Positions 57,284-64,000 of a stretch of 64,000 bases of DNA are shown piece after piece. Every line of letters starts with the position of its first letter. The stretch's first letter is position 1. The position numbers were made by a program, and so were the translations under genes. Under the pieces are notes generated by a model. It made no database searches. It was not told the origin of the DNA and was given only the letters and a program-made list of their open reading frames with translations. Origin of the DNA: Lachnospiraceae bacterium (GTDB lineage Bacteria > Bacillota > Clostridia > Lachnospirales > Lachnospiraceae); contig JAILQK010000096.1 in assembly GCA_024699045.1 (NCBI GenBank), forward strand, positions 2,008 through 66,007. The letters are read 5' to 3'.

Positions 57284-59839
57284 ATGAGAGACGCACTGAC
57301 CAGAGTATTGAGCTTTTTGATCATATTTACGGTCTCGGCATTTATTTTCAGCGCCACCATGAGCCACGGCAATACCACCACCTCCACGGTGATGAGAGAA
57401 GCGTCGCTGCCTTTGGTGGCGGTTATGTATAACGGTGCTGAGACAAATACCATGCACGGACTTACCTATGAGCCTGATCTGACCAGATACAGAGCCGACC
57501 TTTCCCCTCTGGGAGAGGGACGGACACTGGGGATCAGGATAAAACGTTATGATCAGCATATAGGAGGCATTGTTTCCGAAGTCAGATCTTCTGATGGTGA
57601 ACGTCTTATTGAATCCACGGAGATAACCGAATATACGGAAGAGGGCGATGAGATATACGCCACTGTGCGTCTTAAGGATCTTATTGCCGAAAAGACCGAA
57701 TATTCTCTGTGTATCGTCCTAACCATGTCTTCCGGAAATAAGATAAGGTACTACACCCGTGTCATATCCGATGACAGCCTTCACGTAGCGGATATGGTAA
57801 CGTTTGTAAGCGATTTTTCAGAGGTGACCATGGATAAGGAAGCCGCCAAAGCCATATCTCCATATCTGGAAAGTGATGCTACCGGAGACAACTCAACCTT
57901 TGCTCATGTAAATATACATTCAAGCTTCGATCAGGTCACATGGGGAGAACTGCAGCCGCAGAGGAACGGACCGGCATCAGTAAGGGTGCTTGATGTGGCC
58001 GGTGATACCGGCTCGCTTATGGTGACGTACCGCATGACGTGCGGGATAGATAATAAGGACAGTGACTACGAAATAAAAGAATACTACAGAGTAAGATATT
58101 CGGAAGAGCGCATGTATCTGCTTGATTATGAGCGGACGATGAATGAAGTCTTTACCGGAGGAAAATCGTCCTTTGCAAATGATAAGATAATCCTCGGGAT
58201 ACATGAAAGAGACGTCGAAATGGCTGAAAACAATACCGGAAACGCAGTTGCTTTCGTTACCGGAGGAGAGCTTTTTGTGTATAAAGCCGAAGACTCACGC
58301 GTGGCACGGGTTTTTTCTTTTTATGATGAAGATAATAACGACGAAAGAACCAGGTATCAGGGGTATGATATTAAGATACTGTCGGTGGATGAGGGTGGAA
58401 ATGTCAGATTTCTGGTATACGGATATCAGAACCGGGGGGATCACGAAGGACAGATATGCGCAGTCGTTTATTACTACGACAGCACACTTAATATAGTAGA
58501 GGAAGAGATATCCGTACCTTACAGCGGCTCCTCCGAGATGCTGGAGGCAAATATACGTCAGCTGTCATATGTTGACCGCGTTGGAAACTTTTATCTTTAT
58601 CTGGACGGTGATATATATCGTATAGATGTTGCGAGAAAATCAGCGGATGTCATTGCATCGGGGCTTGCCTTTGATGAAACGGCGTCATCTTCAAGCGGTA
58701 AGATCGGAGCGTTCATCGCAAAGGATGCCATAGGCGCCGGATCGAGCGAAGAGATCTCATCAACAGCAGATGCGATAACACTTATCGATATGTCTGACGG
58801 TACAATGACAGATGTAAAGGCAGATCCGGGGTATAAGATACGTCTGCTTGGTTTTATCGGGGAGGATATGATCTCGGGACAGCTCAAAATAACGGATAAG
58901 ACGATCACCTCTCTGGGAATACCGTTCACACCTATGTCTTCGATCAGGATAACCGGTTCGGACGGGACCGTAAAAAAGGATTATGCTCAGCAGGGATATT
59001 ACATTTCCGATGTGAAGATCGAGGGTTCTACGATCTTTATAGACAGACTTATCCGTTCCGAAGACGGATCATCCTATGTTCCGACGGAAGGAAATCAGAT
59101 AATGAGCAGTGCCGTAGAGAGCAGTACTCAAAACAAGATAGTTGTTGCGGCCACTGAACAGAGAGAGACCATAACCGAGATCCAGCTTGTCAATGAAGTG
59201 TCTGTTGCCAGAATGCAGCTTCTCACACCTGATTTTGCACTGTATGAAGGCAGCCGTGCCATATCGGCAACATCGGGGAGTGTTGCCGAGGATAAGAGTT
59301 ACCTTGTTTATGCAAAAGGCGGGATCGCAGATGCAAGCTCAGACGCAGGTACGGCGCTCAAACGAGCATCAGAGGATGCGGGGATCGTCCTTAATATGCA
59401 AAATGCATATATCTGGCGCAAAGGAAGCCGGGATACAAAACATACGATACCGGAACTTGCCGATCTTAGCGGCTCGGGCGGAAACGGATCACTTTATGAT
59501 TGCCTCGATGCGGTCCTGGCATATGCGGGCTCGGGCGGGTCTTCATATGAAGCGATGCAGAATGGAGATACATCAAAAGCAGTGCTTGAAGCGAACGTGG
59601 AAGGAGATGTGCTGTCGCTTCGGGGGATCGCGCTTTCCGATGTACTGTACTATGTTTCAAAAGACTGTCCTGTCATAGCGGCAACCCCTGAAGGAGCGGT
59701 CCTCATAGTCGGATACGATATGAACAATACGATAGTATACGATCCCGGACTGGGAACGACACATCATGTAGGGATGAACGGGTCCGAAGAACTTTTTGGG
59801 GCGGAGGGGAATGAGTTCCTGACTTATATCAATGAATGA
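57284..59839 (+). CDS. Large membrane-anchored extracytoplasmic hypothetical protein
   Basis: ~850-aa ORF with a single N-terminal TM, beta-rich middle and C39-peptidase-like C-terminal end. Confidence 0.85.
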   Translation: MRDALTRVLSFLIIFTVSAFIFSATMSHGNTTTSTVMREASLPLVAVMYNGAETNTMHGLTYEPDLTRYRADLSPLGEGRTLGIRIKRYDQHIGGIVSEVRSSDGERLIESTEITEYTEEGDEIYATVRLKDLIAEKTEYSLCIVLTMSSGNKIRYYTRVISDDSLHVADMVTFVSDFSEVTMDKEAAKAISPYLESDATGDNSTFAHVNIHSSFDQVTWGELQPQRNGPASVRVLDVAGDTGSLMVTYRMTCGIDNKDSDYEIKEYYRVRYSEERMYLLDYERTMNEVFTGGKSSFANDKIILGIHERDVEMAENNTGNAVAFVTGGELFVYKAEDSRVARVFSFYDEDNNDERTRYQGYDIKILSVDEGGNVRFLVYGYQNRGDHEGQICAVVYYYDSTLNIVEEEISVPYSGSSEMLEANIRQLSYVDRVGNFYLYLDGDIYRIDVARKSADVIASGLAFDETASSSSGKIGAFIAKDAIGAGSSEEISSTADAITLIDMSDGTMTDVKADPGYKIRLLGFIGEDMISGQLKITDKTITSLGIPFTPMSSIRITGSDGTVKKDYAQQGYYISDVKIEGSTIFIDRLIRSEDGSSYVPTEGNQIMSSAVESSTQNKIVVAATEQRETITEIQLVNEVSVARMQLLTPDFALYEGSRAISATSGSVAEDKSYLVYAKGGIADASSDAGTALKRASEDAGIVLNMQNAYIWRKGSRDTKHTIPELADLSGSGGNGSLYDCLDAVLAYAGSGGSSYEAMQNGDTSKAVLEANVEGDVLSLRGIALSDVLYYVSKDCPVIAATPEGAVLIVGYDMNNTIVYDPGLGTTHHVGMNGSEELFGAEGNEFLTYINE

Positions 59840-59849
59840 TCGGGTGTAA

Positions 59850-59878
59850 TTGCAACCGGCCAACCTTTGATATAGAAT
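59850..59878 (+). promoter_or_regulatory. SigA promoter of pfkA
   Basis: TTGCAA-N17-TAGAAT. Confidence 0.7.
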
Positions 59879-59916
59879 ATATAAGGGTATCGGAGTGATG
59901 ATGAGGAGATACGGAA

Positions 59917-60903
59917 ATGCCAAAACAAGCCAACAAAACAATTAAAAAGATAGGGGTCCTTACATCGGGAGGGGATTCACCCGGGATGAATGCGGCTATA
60001 CGAGCCGTTACCAGAAAGGCTATTTTCAGGGGACTTAAGATCATAGGCATACAGAGGGGATATCAGGGACTTCTTGAAGAGGATTTTGTAGAATTCGGTC
60101 CCCGTTCTGTTTCAGATACCATTCAAAGAGGCGGAACTATCCTTCGGACGGCCAGATCAGAGGAGTTCAAGACCGAAGAGGGTAAGAAGAAGGGCGCGGA
60201 GATATGCCGTAAGCATGGGATCGATGCGGTAGTCGTCATAGGCGGTGACGGGTCATACAGAGGCGCGCTAGCTCTTTCTCATGAAGGGATCGCGGTAATG
60301 GGAATACCGGGAACCATAGATCTGGATATAGCATGCACCGATTATACTATAGGATTTGATACAGCCGTTAATACAGCGCTTGAAGCCATAGATAAGATAA
60401 GAGATACTTCGTCGTCTCATGAACGGTGCTCTATCGTGGAGGTAATGGGGAGAAATGCCGGTTATATCGCTTTGTGGTGCGGAGTGGCATCAGGGGCCGA
60501 GGATATTTTGCTTCCCGAGAAATATGATTACGATGAGCAGGAGATCATCAATCATATCATAGAGAGCCGCAAGATAGGAAAGACACATCATCTTATCATA
60601 AATGCGGAGGGAATAGGTCATTCCACTTCCATGGCAAGACGGATAGAGGCGGCTACCGGAATGGAGACAAGAGCTACTATCCTCGGATATATGCAAAGAG
60701 GCGGTTCTCCTACCTGTAAGGATCGATATTATGCGTCGATAATGGGGGCAATGGCGGTAGATCTGCTGGCAGACGGCAAGGGTAACCGGGTAATAGGGTA
60801 TCATAATGGCGAATTTATGGATTTTGATGTCGACGAGGCTCTTGCAATGGAGAAGCAGATACCGGAATACCAGTATGAAGTAGCTAAAGCGCTTTCTATC
60901 TAA
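59917..60903 (+). CDS. pfkA: ATP-dependent 6-phosphofructokinase
   Basis: TSGGDSPGMN, GGDGS, PGTID.D, EVMGR and QRGG. Confidence 0.96.
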   Translation: MPKQANKTIKKIGVLTSGGDSPGMNAAIRAVTRKAIFRGLKIIGIQRGYQGLLEEDFVEFGPRSVSDTIQRGGTILRTARSEEFKTEEGKKKGAEICRKHGIDAVVVIGGDGSYRGALALSHEGIAVMGIPGTIDLDIACTDYTIGFDTAVNTALEAIDKIRDTSSSHERCSIVEVMGRNAGYIALWCGVASGAEDILLPEKYDYDEQEIINHIIESRKIGKTHHLIINAEGIGHSTSMARRIEAATGMETRATILGYMQRGGSPTCKDRYYASIMGAMAVDLLADGKGNRVIGYHNGEFMDFDVDEALAMEKQIPEYQYEVAKALSI

Positions 60904-61637
60904 TGGAGGCAACCCCCGGTATCAAAAAAATCAGAGAAGTCCGGGCTTTGTGTGATCGGTCGTCCGTCAGACGCAAAGCCGGACTTTTTGTGACTGAAGG
61001 GGAAAGGATCTGTAATGAGATCCCTGGGGAAGATCTGGAAGCCGTCTATATGTCATCGGGATACCGCAAAACACATCCCGGGGAACGATGTGATTACCTG
61101 ATGAAAGATGCAGATTTTGCACGATTGGCGGACACCAGGCATCCGCAGGGGATACTTGCGGTTGTAAAGCAGAAGCATTACGAATTGAAGGATTTAACGG
61201 GGGGGAGTCTTTATATCATACTCGAAACGATCCAGGATCCCGGAAATCTCGGAACGATCATTCGGACTGCGGAGGCAGCAGGCGTTTCGGCAGTAATAAT
61301 GAATAAAGGCTGTGTCGATATATACTCTCCTAAGGTGGTACGTTCCACAATGGGATCCATATTCAGGGTTCCGTTTATATATTCCGATGATCTTACAGGA
61401 ACGATCCGGCAATTGAAAGAGGATGGGATAGTGATCTATGCCGCTGATCTGTCCGGGACGGATATGTATGAGACAGCTTTTAGCGAACGGAAGGCGTATG
61501 TGATAGGAAATGAAGCCAATGGAGTCTCTTCCGATATGATCTCATTGGCAGACAGGATCGTGAAGATACCGATGGAGGGACAGGTTGATTCACTGAATGC
61601 GGCGGTATCGGCAGCAGTGCTGATGTACCGACGATAA
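60903..61637 (+). CDS. TrmH/SpoU-family RNA methyltransferase
   Basis: QDPGNLGTIIRTA, GNEANG and SLNAAV. Confidence 0.92.
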   Translation: MEATPGIKKIREVRALCDRSSVRRKAGLFVTEGERICNEIPGEDLEAVYMSSGYRKTHPGERCDYLMKDADFARLADTRHPQGILAVVKQKHYELKDLTGGSLYIILETIQDPGNLGTIIRTAEAAGVSAVIMNKGCVDIYSPKVVRSTMGSIFRVPFIYSDDLTGTIRQLKEDGIVIYAADLSGTDMYETAFSERKAYVIGNEANGVSSDMISLADRIVKIPMEGQVDSLNAAVSAAVLMYRR

Positions 61638-61686
61638 GTTACGGAAAAAGGAAGTATCGTATCCGGATCAAAAGGAGGACAGAAGA

Positions 61687-62478
61687 ATGATCGGAATTAT
61701 AGGACTGGGAAATATGGCGCAGGCTATAATCGGGGGGATCCTCGGAGAGGGGATGGTGTCGGAAGGCAATATACTCGGATATGACAGGGACGCCAAGGTG
61801 CGTAATGCCATAGCTGAGAAATACGGGATAGCGATCGCCGATAATAACGGAGACGTAACCTCCCGCTCGGATATCGTGATCCTTGCGGTAAAACCTCAGG
61901 TCATAGGAACGGTCATAGAAGAGATATCCGCAAAGGCTTCACCTGAGACATTGTTTATATCGATAGCTCCGGGCAAGAGCATAGAATGGCTTACTTCAAA
62001 GTTCGGCAAGGAGACAAAGATCGTAAGGTGCATGCCCAATACGCCGGCCCTTGTAAGAGCCGGGATGACAGGATATTGTGTGAGCAGGAATGTTACCGAA
62101 GAAGAAAAAAACACAGCTCTGGAGATAATCAGTTCATTCGGGAAGGCCGAAGAGGTACCGGAGCATCTGATGGCTGCCGTAACGTCGGTTTCCGGATCGT
62201 CCCCGGCATACGTTTTTATAATGATAGAGGCAATGGCGGATCAGGCCGTAGCGGATGGTATGAGCCGGAAACAGGCATATCAGTTTGCAGCACAGGCGGT
62301 TTTCGGTTCCGCCAAAATGATGATCGATACAGGCAGGCATCCTGCTGAGCTTAAGGATATGGTCTGCTCACCGGCGGGAACCACGATAGAAGCCGTCAAG
62401 GTACTCGAGAGGTCAGGCTTCCGGGCAGCGATACAGGATGCGATGTCGGCATGTACTGACAGAGCCAGGGGAGTATGA
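61687..62478 (+). CDS. proC: Pyrroline-5-carboxylate reductase
   Basis: GLGNMA, AVKP, RCMPNTP, SGSSPAY and SPAGTT. Confidence 0.95.
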   Translation: MIGIIGLGNMAQAIIGGILGEGMVSEGNILGYDRDAKVRNAIAEKYGIAIADNNGDVTSRSDIVILAVKPQVIGTVIEEISAKASPETLFISIAPGKSIEWLTSKFGKETKIVRCMPNTPALVRAGMTGYCVSRNVTEEEKNTALEIISSFGKAEEVPEHLMAAVTSVSGSSPAYVFIMIEAMADQAVADGMSRKQAYQFAAQAVFGSAKMMIDTGRHPAELKDMVCSPAGTTIEAVKVLERSGFRAAIQDAMSACTDRARGV

Positions 62479-62532
62479 CGGCCGATCGATCTTTGATACG
62501 GCTATTATATACCCCTTAGAGGGAGGAAAATA

Positions 62533-63969
62533 ATGGACTTTCAAGCTGTGGCTGATGGCATTGCGGCAATGACATGTGTAGTGTCAGTCGAAGATCTGGG
62601 GGAAGGAAAATACGGAAAGATATGTATAGAGACCGGTAACAAAGCATATATAGATTCGATAGAGAACCCTGCTCCGGGCACTGCTATGCTGACGGATAAA
62701 TTCGTTCCGGGGGCGGAGTATACCACGTATCTTTCCAGAGACCTGAATTTTGAGGACTACTGCTACAAGGCGGCGGTCCAGGGTAAGTGTCTCCATTCTT
62801 ATGCCCGTCCCGACAGGATCCCGGTATGGTTCAATATGACGTTTCTTCCTTTGTCACAGCGGGACGGAAATATTTGTTACTGTACTTATACCATGGAAAT
62901 AAACTACGAAGCCAGCGCCGAGAGAATGTCAAACATATCCGGAGAACTGGCATCGGCTGTGCTGGAGACAGGTCTTAAGCTTCGTGGAACAACGGATTAC
63001 AGGAAAGCCATGCAGGATGTGATAATTGACATAAGGGAGATATGCGGTGCCGAGCATTGCTGCATACTGCTCATGGATCAGAATAAACACACCTGCTCGG
63101 TCTTATGCGAAGCCTTTTCGGAGGATACCTTATTGAAGCCCATGGGAGAATATCTGGATGACGGATTCTATGATATCGCCGCATCCTGGGAAGAAACCGT
63201 GATTGCCGGAAGCAACTGTCTCATAGCCAAAAATGAGCAGGATATGGAGGTTGTGAGGGAACGAAACCGGATATGGCATGATTCGATCACTTCGGCGGGA
63301 GGCAGAAACATCGTGCTGTTTCCCCTCAGATCCCAGGGACAGCTTCTGGGATATATCTGGGCGATCAATTTCAATGCCGATGATTCCGTACGTATAAAAG
63401 AAGCACTGGAACTCACAACCTTTATACTCGGGTCTGAGATCGGCGGTTATCTCCTTATAGACAGGCTGAAGGAGCTCAGTTCCAGAGATATGCTGACGGG
63501 AGTCATGAACCGTAATGAGATGAATAATCTTGTGGATCGCCTGGACAGAGGCGAGGAGGGGAATGATATTCCGATAACGGTCATTTTTACGGATCTGAAC
63601 GGATTAAAGACGGTAAATGACCGATACGGGCACGGAGCCGGGGACACTCTCCTTAAAAATGCGGCGTCTGCACTGCTTGAGATATTTGATGAGAAATCTG
63701 TTTTTCGTGCCGGGGGCGATGAATTTGCCATAATAGAACAGGGAACGACCGAGGAGGAAATGAACAAAAAGATCGATGCCTTACGGAAGGCCTCCCAAAA
63801 GTATGATAAGGTCGTTTTTGCTATCGGCGGACATATGGAAAAGCAGGGGAGTGATATAAGGACTGCGTTAAGGCTTGCTGATGAAAAAATGTATATAGAC
63901 AAGAGACATTATTATGAGATGCACCCTGAGGAGCGCAGGGTGGCATCGAAGGATGGGTTTAACTGTTGA
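62533..63969 (+). CDS. Diguanylate cyclase (PAS-like + GAF-like + GGDEF)
   Basis: DMLTG..NR, DLNGLK.VND.YGH..GD and RAGGDEF. Confidence 0.9.
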   Translation: MDFQAVADGIAAMTCVVSVEDLGEGKYGKICIETGNKAYIDSIENPAPGTAMLTDKFVPGAEYTTYLSRDLNFEDYCYKAAVQGKCLHSYARPDRIPVWFNMTFLPLSQRDGNICYCTYTMEINYEASAERMSNISGELASAVLETGLKLRGTTDYRKAMQDVIIDIREICGAEHCCILLMDQNKHTCSVLCEAFSEDTLLKPMGEYLDDGFYDIAASWEETVIAGSNCLIAKNEQDMEVVRERNRIWHDSITSAGGRNIVLFPLRSQGQLLGYIWAINFNADDSVRIKEALELTTFILGSEIGGYLLIDRLKELSSRDMLTGVMNRNEMNNLVDRLDRGEEGNDIPITVIFTDLNGLKTVNDRYGHGAGDTLLKNAASALLEIFDEKSVFRAGGDEFAIIEQGTTEEEMNKKIDALRKASQKYDKVVFAIGGHMEKQGSDIRTALRLADEKMYIDKRHYYEMHPEERRVASKDGFNC

Positions 63970-64000
63970 ATGGGATAACAGATGTATTGACGACAGTTTT

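Overview
Chromosomal window from an anaerobic Firmicute. Gene content and order point to Lachnospiraceae (Butyrivibrio/Roseburia-like); this assignment is an inference. About 1.3-26.9 kb is a 6-deoxyhexose (rhamnose, possibly fucose) catabolic region: rhaD-rhaB, a GRM5-type glycyl-radical microcompartment operon (aldolase, PduP, Zn-ADH, 4 BMC-H, PduL, BMC-P, PduS, PduT, DeoR, B12-independent propanediol dehydratase plus activase), a cupin, RhaM, a YesM/YesN-type two-component pair, a rhamnose ABC importer and a second rhamnulokinase. It has no recognisable isomerase. The rest is mostly housekeeping: rpsF-ssb-rpsR with an S6:S18 leader; a two-domain glycosyltransferase and a ChbG deacetylase ahead of gdpP-rplI-dnaB-mecA; an unlisted 56-aa ferredoxin; GH18, sua5, rpiB, dCMP deaminase and a cell-wall hydrolase; a Na+-type V/A-ATPase operon; murC, dnaD, a dnaC-like gene, prs, queT, pfkA, trmH, proC and a GGDEF protein. 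The most interesting unexplained signal is a promoter-driven, end-paired, ~220-nt structured RNA candidate at 36.53-36.75 kb, followed by an SD/anti-SD switch-like segment and a 73-aa orphan gene. Also notable are two identically built activator-dependent promoters in the transporter locus and several apparently leaderless genes. I saw no CRISPR array, transposase, rRNA or complete tRNA. All family assignments come from motif recognition by eye, not from database searches.
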